A stretch of 62,921 nucleotides of DNA, counting the filler, from an uncultured bacterium (lineage in GTDB: Bacteria > DYJV01), in assembly GCA_964543655.1 (NCBI GenBank). It is 5 parts of 5 records of this genome, joined end to end, with 100 filler letters (N's around TTAATTAATTAA, not from the genome) between each part and the next. Parts side by side here need not be neighbours in the genome. Positions count along the whole stretch, not along the records: positions 1 to 22,680 come from CAZIZE010000010.1; positions 22,781 to 48,604 come from CAZIZE010000012.1; 3 more parts are not named here. One strand, 5' to 3'. Each line of letters starts with the position of its first letter. Positions within the stretch are counted from its first letter, which is position 1. Shown here one piece after another: positions 20,802 through 31,053 of this stretch. The notes beneath the pieces are model-generated. The model was not told the origin of the DNA. It saw nothing but the letters and a program-made list of their open reading frames with translations, and did not search any database. Made by a program: the position numbers and the translations under genes.

Positions 20802-21640
20802 TAAAATATCAATTCTTTTGCAAAATTTGGGACAGCAAAACAAGCTTTATGAATTTCATTGTTGTAATATTTTAATTTTAATCTATACTCATTATAACGG
20901 TTTTCATTGAAATTTTTTAAAGGATCTACATTTTTAGAGCAAAATGCAAAGCTCCATATTCCAGCAGGATAAGTGGGTACAGATGCAATGTACATTTTTA
21001 CTATTGGGAACACCTTGTTTAATTTTTTATAAATATTGGTTACCCAGTCAGCATTATGAAATGGAGATTCACTTTGATTAGTAAGGATTCCACCATCTTT
21101 TAATGCATTAAAGCAATTTTTATAAAATTCTGTTGTAAACAAACCTTCTCCAACATTAATAGGATCTGTTGAGTCAATGATTATTATATCGTATAAATCT
21201 TTTTTATTTTTTACAAATTCAACACCATCTTTAAAGTGTAACTTTACTTTTGGATTATCAAGTTCACATGAAAGTGATGGAAAAAATTCTTTTGCAGCAA
21301 TAACAACTTCTTGATCTATTTCAACCATATCAATATGTTTAACAGTTTTATGCTTTAAAATTTCTCTAACTGTGCCACCATCACCACCACCAATAACCAA
21401 AACTGTTTCAGGTAGATTATGGCAAAAAAGTGGAACATGGGCAATCATTTCATGGTAAATAAATTCATCTCGCTCAGTAACCATCACAAGATCATCAAGG
21501 GTTAATAATTTACCAAAGCCTTCAGTTTCATAAACATCGAGCTTTTGAAATTTTGTGTTAATGCTTTTTAAAACATTTTTAACTTTAATTGTAATACCAT
21601 AATTTTCACCATGTATTTCAGTAAACCACAATCCATCCAT
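20801..21640 (-). CDS. speE: Polyamine aminopropyltransferase
   Basis: YHEM, GGGDGG, DSTDP. Confidence 0.95.
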   Translation of the reverse strand: MDGLWFTEIHGENYGITIKVKNVLKSINTKFQKLDVYETEGFGKLLTLDDLVMVTERDEFIYHEMIAHVPLFCHNLPETVLVIGGGDGGTVREILKHKTVKHIDMVEIDQEVVIAAKEFFPSLSCELDNPKVKLHFKDGVEFVKNKKDLYDIIIIDSTDPINVGEGLFTTEFYKNCFNALKDGGILTNQSESPFHNADWVTNIYKKLNKVFPIVKMYIASVPTYPAGIWSFAFCSKNVDPLKNFNENRYNEYRLKLKYYNNEIHKACFAVPNFAKELIF

Positions 21641-21652
21641 ACACTTTTCCCC

Positions 21653-22120
21653 TTAATACCATAAAACAACAGCGGCAAATGCTGTGCCTGTTTTTTTTAC
21701 TCTATGTTGAATGGAAATACTCTTTATCTCTTTTATTTTCTCCCCTCTCATTTCCATCCCTTTTTTAGCCATATTTCTAACAATATTCTCAATATCTTCT
21801 TTTCTCCCTCTTGATGAGTATTCCATAATAAGACCAGGCTTTGAATCATCATCTGGGATAGCTACAGCAACAGCTGCTGAAATAACCTCTTCTGATAGGT
21901 CAGTGGTTATTGAAGCATATGCAACAGGTACAAGAGCACCATACGGCAATGCAAAGGGCTCCACCTCTTTGCAAGCAGGAGGCACAATGCTGCTCATTTT
22001 AACAAGATTAGTATTGCCAATTCCTGCATTTAATAGAGCTGCATCAAAAGAGTTTAACGCAGTATAACCTTCACCTATACCAGCAACAAGAAAATATTTA
22101 GTTGGAGTTTGACACATCAT
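21653..22120 (-). CDS. pdaD: Pyruvoyl-dependent arginine decarboxylase
   Basis: [24 protein letters not shown] with the SS cleavage site. Confidence 0.9.
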   Translation of the reverse strand: MMCQTPTKYFLVAGIGEGYTALNSFDAALLNAGIGNTNLVKMSSIVPPACKEVEPFALPYGALVPVAYASITTDLSEEVISAAVAVAIPDDDSKPGLIMEYSSRGRKEDIENIVRNMAKKGMEMRGEKIKEIKSISIQHRVKKTGTAFAAVVLWY

Positions 22121-22157
22121 GGGAATAACCTCCCCTGGCCTTGAGATAATTTTTCAG

Positions 22158-22598
22158 TCAAAGAACTACATCCCTTCTTTCTACATCGTCGTTAGCAGCT
22201 TTTTTATAATTGCATTTTTCTTCTTTGTATTGAACATAAGGTAAAATATTTTTTAATTCACCTCTTGTAATCTCTTTTAAATCAGCGCTACTTGATTGAA
22301 ACTTTTCTTTTAAATATCTATATGCAATTAGTGGATCCACACAGGAGCCACAGGTATATAGGTCAACAGAAGCATATTTATATTCAGGCCAAGTGTGGAT
22401 AGATAGGTGAGATTCTGCAATTACCACTACACCGCTAACGCCGTGAGGTTGAAACATATGAAACACTGATTGAACAATTGTAGAGCCAGCTTCAAGCGCA
22501 GCTTCTTTCATATACTGCTCAACTAACTCTTTATTGTTAATAACATCAGGATTGCAGTCATAAAACTCTACAAGCAAGTGTCTGCCAAGTGCTTTCAT
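22158..22598 (-). CDS. speD: S-adenosylmethionine decarboxylase proenzyme
   Basis: [18 protein letters not shown]. Confidence 0.93.
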   Translation of the reverse strand: MKALGRHLLVEFYDCNPDVINNKELVEQYMKEAALEAGSTIVQSVFHMFQPHGVSGVVVIAESHLSIHTWPEYKYASVDLYTCGSCVDPLIAYRYLKEKFQSSSADLKEITRGELKNILPYVQYKEEKCNYKKAANDDVERRDVVL

Positions 22599-22680
22599 AG
22601 TCCACCTCCTTTTCTAAAATTTAAAGGTCAAATTCTATATATGATTCATTGCAATTTGTCAAACAAAATTTAAAAAATAA

Positions 22681-22780
22681 NNNNNNNNNNNNNNNNNNNN
22701 NNNNNNNNNNNNNNNNNNNNNNNNTTAATTAATTAANNNNNNNNNNNNNNNNNNNNNNNNNNNNNNNNNNNNNNNNNNNN
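22681..22780. other. Artificial contig linker
   Basis: N-run, TTAATTAATTAA (six-frame stops), N-run; 100 bp. Confidence 0.97.
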
Positions 22781-22931
22781 ACATAGAAATTCAAATAAAA
22801 ATTTTTAATCTATAAAACTTACAAGGAAGCATTAACAATTTTATAAAAAAAGTAAAAAAGTATAATACAATTTTTCGCTTGAAAAGTCTGCTTGAAAATG
22901 TTAATATATTGCAAAAACATAGGAGTCAAGA

Positions 22932-23438
22932 ATGGCATCGACAATTTTAACAGAAGAGGTATTATTAAAAGCGAAACAAGAATATGCAAAATTAAAGGAA
23001 GGTAAGATAGCGAAGAAGTTATTGGCAATAATAGCGTATGGGGAACATACAGGAGATGAGATAGGTAAAATATTTATGATATCACCAAGGACGTTGTTGA
23101 GATGGTTGAGAAGTTTTATAGAGGAAGGAGTGAAAGGTTTAGAGGATAATCGAGGAGGTAATTACCCCCCAAGGTTAACAGAGTCTCAGTGGAAAGAGGT
23201 AAAGGAGTGGATATTGTCAAGGAAGACGGCAGAGGGGCAAGAGATATCCTGGACATTGAATAAATTGCAAATAAAGATAGAAGAGAGGTTTGGAGTGAGA
23301 TGTGGAATAGCAACGATAAAGCGTAATTTGAATAAATTAGGTATAGTATTAAGGAGACCGAGACCTGTACATTATAAGTCTGACCAAAAAGAACAGGAAA
23401 GCTTTAAAAAAAATGAAGGAAATAGCGGCATCAAGTGA
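22932..23438 (+). CDS. IS630 transposase, N-terminal HTH part
   Basis: HTH, WTL, RRPRPVH; overlaps the next ORF at an A8 run. Confidence 0.88.
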   Translation: MASTILTEEVLLKAKQEYAKLKEGKIAKKLLAIIAYGEHTGDEIGKIFMISPRTLLRWLRSFIEEGVKGLEDNRGGNYPPRLTESQWKEVKEWILSRKTAEGQEISWTLNKLQIKIEERFGVRCGIATIKRNLNKLGIVLRRPRPVHYKSDQKEQESFKKNEGNSGIK

Positions 23439-23952
23439 AAAAAATAACTATAAGATAATGTTTTTTGATGAGGGTAGATTTGGATTAATGAGTAGTTTAA
23501 AAAGGTTATGGAGTGAGAAAGGCAAAAGTTGTGAAGTAAAAGTGAAGCAAGGATATAAAAATTTTTATGTATATACAAGTGTGGATATAAGGAATGGAGA
23601 AAGTTTTAGCTTGCTGTTGCCAGAAGTAAATACAAAGATGATGAATTTGTATTTAGAGGAATTATCAAAGGAATATAAAGATAAAAAGATATTGTTAATA
23701 ATGGATCAAGCAGGCAGGCACAAATCAAAGAAATTAAAGGTACCTGAAAATATAGAGATAGAATATCAGCCGCCGTATAGCCCAGAGTTGAATCCTGTGG
23801 AGAGGCTATGGAAATGGTTGAAGAATAATACAATTCACAATAGGATATTTGAAAAATTAGAAGATATACTAAACGCAGTATGTGAAGAATTAAAAAAGAT
23901 GACAAAAGAAAAATTTATGGAATTATGTAGATGTAACTATGTGACATTTTAA
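23413..23952 (+). CDS. IS630 transposase, DDE part
   Basis: FFDEGRFG, MDQAGRH, PPYSPELNPVE. Confidence 0.92.
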   Translation: MKEIAASSEKNNYKIMFFDEGRFGLMSSLKRLWSEKGKSCEVKVKQGYKNFYVYTSVDIRNGESFSLLLPEVNTKMMNLYLEELSKEYKDKKILLIMDQAGRHKSKKLKVPENIEIEYQPPYSPELNPVERLWKWLKNNTIHNRIFEKLEDILNAVCEELKKMTKEKFMELCRCNYVTF

Positions 23953-24300
23953 GTTGAAAATTGTATTATAGAAATTGTTAAAGATGATGATATAGCAATA
24001 AATCTGCTTAGTCATCTTATAAATAAAATCTGTGAGTATATAGAAGACAGAAAATGAGGAATCAATTTCTGATTAGGTGGCTATGTTAATGTTAGAGATT
24101 TTTTATATTATATACAACGCTCCTTTTGACAAATGTGACAGAGAAAAAGATTATAAAACAGTCTGGAGATTTTTTAATTAGCCAAAAAAGACAATATATT
24201 GAAAATAGTTACCAAATATGTTATATAAATTAAAAATTTTGTCTAAAAAAAAGTGTCCAGTCACACCTGAATACGCAGATTCTATCGGTTAGAGGAAAAA

Positions 24301-25281
24301 ATGAAAAATGAGCCACCTTATAAAATAACCAACTCTATTTTGAATTATGTTGGTAAAATTACTGAATTGGTTACTATATTCGAAATATCAAGGTCAAACA
24401 TTATCACTCCTAAGCTTAGAAAAAAATGTTTGATTAAAACAATTACAGGGACTTTGCAGATAGAGGGGAATACTCTTGATGAAGAAAAAATTACAGCAAT
24501 CATAGAAGGTAAAAGAGTTTTAGCTACACCAAAAGAAATTGCAGAAGTAAAAGGAGCCATAGAACTTTATCAAAAAATAGATATTTTTGACTATAAAAAA
24601 TTAGAAGATATACTTAAAGCACATCAAATTTTAATGAAAGAAATTTTAATAAATTCAGGGAAATTTAGGGATAAAAATGTAGGTGTTGGTGGAGAAAAGG
24701 CAATAGTCCATATTGCTCCACCTTCAAATAAAGTCCCGGAATTAATGGAATCTTTATTTGAATGGTTAAAAAATACCAATATTCATCCTTTGATAAAGAG
24801 TAGTGTCTTTCATTACGAGCTTGAATTTATACATCCTTTTATTGATGGCAATGGAAGAATTGGCAGATTCTGGCAGACTTTGATATTATACAAATGGAAA
24901 CCTGTTTTTGGAAGTATACCTGTTGAAAGTTTAATAAAAGAGAACCAGCAGGAATATTATGAAGCATTAAAAATATCAGGTTCATTAGGAGAAAGCACTC
25001 CTTTTATAGAATTTATGTTAAAAATAATTTTTGATGCTTGTATTGGTATGCTCAATGAAAATGTCCCCAAAAAAGTCCCAAGAAATGTCCCAAAAGAAAG
25101 ATTAGATAAAATTATAAAACTAATAAAAGAAAATAAGTTTATAACAATAAATGAAATAGCAGAGATTTTAAAAGTAAACAGTAAAACCATAAAAAGAGAC
25201 ATTGCAAAATTAAAAGAAAAAGGAATTTTAAAAAGAGAAGGAAGTCTAAAAACAGGTCACTGGGAATTGTTTGAAGATTAG
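24301..25281 (+). CDS. Fic family protein with C-terminal HTH
   Basis: HPFIDGNGRIGR; VPKKVPRNVP linker; TINEIAEILKVNSKTIKRDI. Confidence 0.92.
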   Translation: MKNEPPYKITNSILNYVGKITELVTIFEISRSNIITPKLRKKCLIKTITGTLQIEGNTLDEEKITAIIEGKRVLATPKEIAEVKGAIELYQKIDIFDYKKLEDILKAHQILMKEILINSGKFRDKNVGVGGEKAIVHIAPPSNKVPELMESLFEWLKNTNIHPLIKSSVFHYELEFIHPFIDGNGRIGRFWQTLILYKWKPVFGSIPVESLIKENQQEYYEALKISGSLGESTPFIEFMLKIIFDACIGMLNENVPKKVPRNVPKERLDKIIKLIKENKFITINEIAEILKVNSKTIKRDIAKLKEKGILKREGSLKTGHWELFED

Positions 25282-25474
25282 CTATTTTTTCATTGACATT
25301 AACATATTAGTCCAAAAACTGCTTTAAAGTTAAAAAAATTTTTAATAAAGAAAACCAAAAAGCCATAAAGGTATCATGTTATCTTGGGAGAATTCTATGC
25401 CGTCAATAGCAAGGTAAGAATTAGACTTAGTCTTAATCTGTTTTTTATCTTTTGAAGTGCCGCCTATCCCTATA

Positions 25475-25593
25475 ATACAAAACTAAATGTAAAATCCAAC
25501 AGCAATTTTTACAAATGCTCCTATTTACCATAAAAGCTGTCATTTTGAGGGCGTTAGCCCGAAAAATCTCTTGCTTCAAGGTTGGTTTTGTAT
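25475..25593 (+). mobile_element. MITE family A, 119 bp
   Basis: ATACAAAAC...GTTTTGTAT termini; reverse complement of 32099-32217 with about 13 mismatches by eye. Confidence 0.85.
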
Positions 25594-25614
25594 CAATTCC
25601 ACTTAGTAATAAAA

Positions 25615-26319
25615 TTACATTTTATTATTTTTACTTATTTTTTCTAATGCTCCAAATTTTAGCTGATAAATTTCATCGCACAGGGAATTAACCTGGTTTA
25701 AATTATGGGAAACAAAAAAAATTGTAGTTTCTTTTTTCAGATTAACAATCAAATCTTCTATAATTTTTACATTTTTCTCATCAAGTGAAGATGTTGGCTC
25801 ATCAAAAAGAAGTATTTCTGGATTTAAAGTAAGTGCTCGAGCTATTGAAAGTCGTTGAAGTTGACCACCAGAAAGCTCCTCAGCTGAAGAAAATAATTTT
25901 TTTTTAACTTCCTCAAAGAGATTAACTTTTATTAAAACCTGTTCAACTATACTGTACAACTTTTTTTTGCTAACTCTACCTGATAATTCCACTGGAAATG
26001 TAATATTCTTAAAAATAGTTGTTTTAAATGCAACTGGTTTTTGAGGAATATAAATAATTTTTTGTCTTACCTTATAGAAATCTTTTTTTAATTCAAGTAT
26101 ATTTTCTCCTTGAAAAATCACCTTACCAGAAATTTTATAATTGCTGTACTCTCTAAATAGCAGTGAAATTATTTTGAGAAAAGTTGTTTTTCCAGCACCT
26201 GAACTCCCTACTATTCCATGAATTTTATTCTTTTCAAAATCGATGCTTAAATTTTTAAATATAATTTCCGCACCATAAGAAAAAAATAAATTTCTAATTG
26301 AAAGTATTAAATTTTCCAT
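25615..26319 (-). CDS. pstB: PstB-like ABC ATPase
   Basis: GSSGAGKTT, LSGGQLQR, FDEPTSSLD. Confidence 0.8.
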   Translation of the reverse strand: MENLILSIRNLFFSYGAEIIFKNLSIDFEKNKIHGIVGSSGAGKTTFLKIISLLFREYSNYKISGKVIFQGENILELKKDFYKVRQKIIYIPQKPVAFKTTIFKNITFPVELSGRVSKKKLYSIVEQVLIKVNLFEEVKKKLFSSAEELSGGQLQRLSIARALTLNPEILLFDEPTSSLDEKNVKIIEDLIVNLKKETTIFFVSHNLNQVNSLCDEIYQLKFGALEKISKNNKM

Positions 26320-27103
26320 TCCCTATAAATCTAACCTTTTTTGACAAAAAGATAAATATTGAAGAAATTACAATTATAATTAATGCAGCAAGATAAATCA
26401 ACTTTATTTTTTCATTAGTAACATTTTCTTGTGTAGAATAAAATATAAAAAAAGGAAGTGCTTCATAAGGAGCAAGCAGAGAGGATGGAATACCTGCAAA
26501 TGCAGCAACTCCAGTTAACATTATAACAGCAGTGTCTTCAGCTGCCCTGCCTATTGCAAGTGCTATCCCAGAGCTAATAAATGAAATTGCTTCAGGCAAA
26601 TATACCTTAAAAATAGCCTGATATTTTTTAGCACCAAGAGTAAGAGGAAGCTCTCTTAATTGAAAATCTATTTGGGAAAACCCAACAATTGTTGCATGAA
26701 CAATGTATGGTAAAATAAGAAAACTTAGAGACAATGCTGATAAAAAGAAGCATGGCTTAAAGTCTGAATTAAAGATTTTATTAATAGTAAGCATCATTAT
26801 AAAGCCAAACAATCCATATAAAATGCTTGGCAATGAGCTTAACATTTTGAAGATAAATATTAAAAACTCTTTTATTTTTAATGAGCAATATTCAGAAATA
26901 AAAATTCCTGTTACTACTCCAACTGGCGTGGCTATTGCAACAGAGAAAAAAGTAATTAAAATTGTTCCAACAATAGGGGGAAAAAGCTCTAACCTTATTG
27001 AAGAATATATATTAACACCTAAAATATTTTTAAGAGTTAAAAAACCTATAAATATAAAAAGGATAACTATTGTATAAGTTGCAATTTTACCATAAAATTT
27101 CAT
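26294..27103 (-). CDS. pstA: PstA-like ABC permease
   Basis: LPSILYGLFG, GRAAEDTA; hydrophobic. Confidence 0.8.
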   Translation of the reverse strand: MKFYGKIATYTIVILFIFIGFLTLKNILGVNIYSSIRLELFPPIVGTILITFFSVAIATPVGVVTGIFISEYCSLKIKEFLIFIFKMLSSLPSILYGLFGFIMMLTINKIFNSDFKPCFFLSALSLSFLILPYIVHATIVGFSQIDFQLRELPLTLGAKKYQAIFKVYLPEAISFISSGIALAIGRAAEDTAVIMLTGVAAFAGIPSSLLAPYEALPFFIFYSTQENVTNEKIKLIYLAALIIIVISSIFIFLSKKVRFIGNGKFNTFN

Positions 27104-27909
27104 TTTTCAAATTTCCTGATTAAAATATTTAATAAAAGCATAATAAATATAAAAATTAAACCTGAAAAAAAGATAGATTTAAACTCCAGACTATCAAACT
27201 CACCTGGCATTAAAAGAGCAATATGGGATGTCAGAGCTCTTGCTGATGAAAATATTGAATTAGGAGTATTCAATGAATTTCCTGATAGAATTAAGGCAAC
27301 CATTGTGTCACTAATTGCCCTACCAAAACCTAATATAAATGAAATTGCTATCCCTCGTGACGAATGAGGAATTAGAATTTTCTTTAAAAACTGCTCTTCA
27401 GTTGCTCCAAGAGATAGTGCTGTCTCCCTTATCTCTAATGAAACCGTGTCAAAAGTTTCAACAATATATAACACAATAGTGGGAAGTATTAATATCGATA
27501 AAACAATAACAACTGTAAAAATTGATAAACCTGTTGGAGATGGAGTATATTTTCTTACAATAGGAACCAAAACAAGAAGCCCTATAAAAGCATAAACAAC
27601 TGTAGGAATACCTGTCATAAAAGTTATAAAATTTTTCAATAGTTTTGATTTTGAAAGATAAATATTAACGGAAACACCAAATCCAATAATAAAAGATATT
27701 ATTGTTGATAAAATTCCAATTAAAAATGACGTAATTATAAAACTATAAAGCCCAAAAATATGGTTATCTGGATTCCAAGTAGAGAAAAAAATTTCAGAAA
27801 TAGAAGTTTTTTTAATTAAAGGAAAAGAGTAATACAATAACAGGCAGGGGCATAACATTATTAATATTAAAAATATCCACCCTGCCCATTTTATACATCT
27901 ATCTACCAT
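27100..27909 (-). CDS. pstC: PstC-like ABC permease
   Basis: GIPTVVY, ETALSLGAT, GRAISDTM. Confidence 0.8.
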   Translation of the reverse strand: MVDRCIKWAGWIFLILIMLCPCLLLYYSFPLIKKTSISEIFFSTWNPDNHIFGLYSFIITSFLIGILSTIISFIIGFGVSVNIYLSKSKLLKNFITFMTGIPTVVYAFIGLLVLVPIVRKYTPSPTGLSIFTVVIVLSILILPTIVLYIVETFDTVSLEIRETALSLGATEEQFLKKILIPHSSRGIAISFILGFGRAISDTMVALILSGNSLNTPNSIFSSARALTSHIALLMPGEFDSLEFKSIFFSGLIFIFIMLLLNILIRKFEK

Positions 27910-27915
27910 TATCTA

Positions 27916-28713
27916 TTATTTAATTGGTAAAAAATGATGCTTTTTTACTACATTTTGACCATAGTCACTTAAAACCATTTCTATAAACTTTTTTGCATAA
28001 TCAGGAGATTTAGGGGAAAGAATCATATACAGATACCTCTGAATTTTATATTTACCTGTTTTAATATTTTCAAGTGAAGGGTAAATATTATCTATTTTCA
28101 AGGCTTTAACAGAGCTATCAAGATAACCTACTGACAAATAGCCAATACCATTTTTATCCTGGCTAACCATAACTTTCATATTACCATTGGAACTAACAAA
28201 AAGTGCGTTATTGGTAATTTTGCAATTTTTTAAAGCTAATTTTTCAAAAGTTTTCCTTGTACCACTTTCTTTACCTCTTGAATAAACATTAATAACTACA
28301 TCTTTTCCACCAACTTCCTTCCAGTTTTTAATTTTACCACTGAAAATACCTCTTATTTCATTTAAAGTTAAGTTATTGACTCTATTTGATGGATGAACAA
28401 TTACAGCAATCCCATCAATTGCTATTTTATAAGGGATTAATTTATACTTTTTGATTTCACTTTTTTTTAAGTCTCTGCCTGAATCTCCTATATCAACTAT
28501 TCCATTGCCTACCTGCTTTATTCCAACACCACTTCCGCCTCCTGATATAACAACTTTAATGTCTGGATGCTCCTGCATAAATTTCTTGGCAACTTCTTTA
28601 ACAATAGGGATATGGGCAGTGCCACCTGCAATTCTAAGAATTTTTTGAGCAGCAAATCCGTTGGTTAATAAAAGTAAAATTAATATTAGTGTAAAAAATA
28701 ATTTTTTCACCAT
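27916..28713 (-). CDS. pstS: PstS-like substrate-binding protein
   Basis: Signal peptide; GGGSGVG, AIDGIAVIVH, SGTR. Confidence 0.82.
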   Translation of the reverse strand: MVKKLFFTLILILLLLTNGFAAQKILRIAGGTAHIPIVKEVAKKFMQEHPDIKVVISGGGSGVGIKQVGNGIVDIGDSGRDLKKSEIKKYKLIPYKIAIDGIAVIVHPSNRVNNLTLNEIRGIFSGKIKNWKEVGGKDVVINVYSRGKESGTRKTFEKLALKNCKITNNALFVSSNGNMKVMVSQDKNGIGYLSVGYLDSSVKALKIDNIYPSLENIKTGKYKIQRYLYMILSPKSPDYAKKFIEMVLSDYGQNVVKKHHFLPIK

Positions 28714-28776
28714 ATCTCTCCTTTATCTTTTTTTAAGATAATATCAAATAAAATACACCTGTCAAATTGAAAATAT

Positions 28777-28830
28777 TTATTGATTTAAAAAATCAATAAG
28801 ATTAATTTATTGATTAAAAATATATTGATT
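28777..28830. promoter_or_regulatory. Candidate operator: palindrome plus repeated half-sites
   Basis: TTATTGATTT-aaa-AAATCAATAA at 28777-28799; TATTGATT again at 28808 and 28823. Confidence 0.5.
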
Positions 28831-28860
28831 TTTCATAAATTTGAAAGTATGTTAAGGTAG

Positions 28861-29751
28861 ATGGAAAGAAAAAAATTTCTTAACACATCAGAAGTTTCAA
28901 AATTGCTGAATATTAACGAAAAAAAAGTTTACAATCTTGCCCAGGAAGGCTTTATCCCTGCAACTAAAGTTACAGGTAAATGGCTCTTTCCATTTGATGA
29001 GCTTATAAGCTTTCTTAAATACGATTCTTTGAAAAATATAAAAAAAGGCATAACCTTCTCTCTTTTTGAAAGTAATATTTTAATTGGTGCAGGTTCTGAT
29101 GATCCTATTCTTCCTAAAATATTCAACCACTTTTATAACTTTTCTAAAACTACTCTATTTTACTCTACTGTTGGCAGTAAAAACGGCATTGAAATGTTAA
29201 AAAACAGAATTGTTCATTTTGCATTTAGTCATCTCTTTGATTTTGAAAAAAATGATTTTAACATTCCTTATTTGAATAAGATTTTCCCTGATAAAGATTA
29301 TGCTGTTATAAACCTTTTTTACAGAGAAATTGGCATAGTTTCCAACTTTGAAATATCTTCAATTAAAGATATAAATAAAAAAGGTCTTACGTTTATTCTT
29401 AGGCAAAAAGGTTCAGGAATCAGAGATATTACAGAAAATCTGTTTAAGTCTAAAAAATTATCTAAAAATATTTTACATTTTTATCCAGAGGAGGTTACCA
29501 CACATCTTGAAGTTGCCAACCTTGTAAAAAACAACATAGATTTTATAGGGATTACTACCAAATCAACTGCTAAAATATTTAATCTGCAATTCTACAAAAT
29601 ATTTGATGAAAGATTTGATTTAATAACAATTAAAGAGTATTTTTTTGAAAAGATATTTCAAACATTTTACAATTTTATAAATGAAAAATTAAAGCATGAT
29701 TTCTCACCAGAAGGTTATAATTTTAAAGACTCCGGGAGAATAATTGTTTAG
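28861..29751 (+). CDS. Excisionase-like HTH plus PBP-like domain transcriptional regulator
   Basis: LNTSEVSKLL...IPATKVTGKWLF; GSDD, VGSKNG, RQKGSG. Confidence 0.85.
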   Translation: MERKKFLNTSEVSKLLNINEKKVYNLAQEGFIPATKVTGKWLFPFDELISFLKYDSLKNIKKGITFSLFESNILIGAGSDDPILPKIFNHFYNFSKTTLFYSTVGSKNGIEMLKNRIVHFAFSHLFDFEKNDFNIPYLNKIFPDKDYAVINLFYREIGIVSNFEISSIKDINKKGLTFILRQKGSGIRDITENLFKSKKLSKNILHFYPEEVTTHLEVANLVKNNIDFIGITTKSTAKIFNLQFYKIFDERFDLITIKEYFFEKIFQTFYNFINEKLKHDFSPEGYNFKDSGRIIV

Positions 29752-29760
29752 GGAGGTTAT

Positions 29761-30309
29761 ATGGAAAAAACTGCTCTATTAATAATTGATATGCAAAATG
29801 ATTTTGCAGGGCCAGAAAATCATGCTCACAAGGTTATCCCCAAGGTAAAAGAGCTTCTGAATTTTTGCAGAAGTAAAAATTTTCCAATTTTCCATATTTA
29901 CAGAGAATATAGGGCTGATGGCTCAGATATTGAGCTTTTTAGGCTTCAAAATTTTATGAATAAAAGAAAAATATGTGTACCTAAAACCTATGGAGCTGAA
30001 ATTGTAAAAGAATTGACTCCATTAGAGGGAGAGTATAAAATTGTTAAAAACCGATTTAGTGCGTTTATGAATACTGAGCTTGACTTCATTTTAAGAAGAC
30101 TCAATATCAAACATATTGTTATATCAGGTACTCAATACCCTAATTGTATTAGAACAACAGCTTTTGATGGGGTGTGTTACGATTATAAAGTTACAGTTAT
30201 CACAGATGCCACATCAGCAGAAACAGAAGAGATAAAGCAAGCTAATATAATTGATATGAAAAATATTGGGATAAATTGTATTACACTTGAGGAATTTAAA
30301 TCTTTTTAA
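29761..30309 (+). CDS. Isochorismatase-family cysteine hydrolase
   Basis: IIDMQNDF, KNRFSAF, NCIRTTA. Confidence 0.9.
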   Translation: MEKTALLIIDMQNDFAGPENHAHKVIPKVKELLNFCRSKNFPIFHIYREYRADGSDIELFRLQNFMNKRKICVPKTYGAEIVKELTPLEGEYKIVKNRFSAFMNTELDFILRRLNIKHIVISGTQYPNCIRTTAFDGVCYDYKVTVITDATSAETEEIKQANIIDMKNIGINCITLEEFKSF

Positions 30310-31053
30310 CTATTTTTTACATAAAAGATATTCAAGGTTAACATTTCTCACAGAATTGGCAATATTTTTTTTTACTTTTCTATTTTCTTTATAAAGGGAA
30401 TTAATAAAATTTTTTATTACTTCCCTTTTTTTGCTCTTTCCCCTGTAGGTACATTTTTTTTCAATAATTGGTAGCTGATTTATCTTTACATATTTTAAAA
30501 TTTGCTCTTCTGTTAAATATATCAAAGGTCTTATAATTGACAGATTACCATTAAAAAGGGATTGCTTTGGTATCATTGTGCTAATGTTTCCACTAAAAAT
30601 AATATTGAGAAGCAAAGTTTCATTCATATCATCCATATTGTGTCCAAGAGCAAGTTTATTGCATTTTAATTGATATGCAAGGTCAAAAAATATTTTTCTC
30701 CTTATTTTTGAACAGATAAAACATGGATTTTCCCTACTTTTACCTGACTCAACAAAATCTTTAATTTTAACAGTTTTAATAATAACATTTAAATTGTAAT
30801 AATTTTTAAAAAAATTCTCAACATCTACTAATGTTTCTGAAAACTCTCCATTATAAACAAATACTGGTATAAGCTCATATTCTATTGGCACAAAACTTCT
30901 TCTCTGAAAAAGTATATCAAAAAGTGCAAGACTATCCTTGCCCCCTGAAAAACCAACAAGAATCCTATCCTTATTTTCAATCATTTTAAAATCATTAATA
31001 GCTTTACCCACAGTGCTCCTAAAATTTTTTAAAAAATAATTTCCTTTACTCAT
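30310..31053 (-). CDS. ttcA: tRNA 2-thiocytidine biosynthesis TtcA family protein
   Basis: SGGKDS PP-loop, PCFIC, LGHNMDD, IIRPL. Confidence 0.85.
   Translation of the reverse strand: MSKGNYFLKNFRSTVGKAINDFKMIENKDRILVGFSGGKDSLALFDILFQRRSFVPIEYELIPVFVYNGEFSETLVDVENFFKNYYNLNVIIKTVKIKDFVESGKSRENPCFICSKIRRKIFFDLAYQLKCNKLALGHNMDDMNETLLLNIIFSGNISTMIPKQSLFNGNLSIIRPLIYLTEEQILKYVKINQLPIIEKKCTYRGKSKKREVIKNFINSLYKENRKVKKNIANSVRNVNLEYLLCKK

Larger units (their letters stand above)
22863..23968 (+). mobile_element. IS630-family insertion sequence, about 1.1 kb
   Basis: Imperfect TIRs TAATACAATTTT(T)C / GAAAATTGTATTA, flanked by TA on both sides; two-ORF transposase. Confidence 0.92.

Noticed and set aside
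22725-22736. TTAATTAATTAA palindrome recurring four times
   Set aside because: Always centred in N-runs; artificial six-frame-stop linker
23969-24057. Gene interrupted by IS630 (EIVKDDDIAINLL...EDRK*)
   Set aside because: Rejoining the flanks gives an in-frame stop 9 codons upstream; no recognisable family
28780-28796. FNR box
   Set aside because: TTGAT and ATCAA are 7 bp apart, not 4
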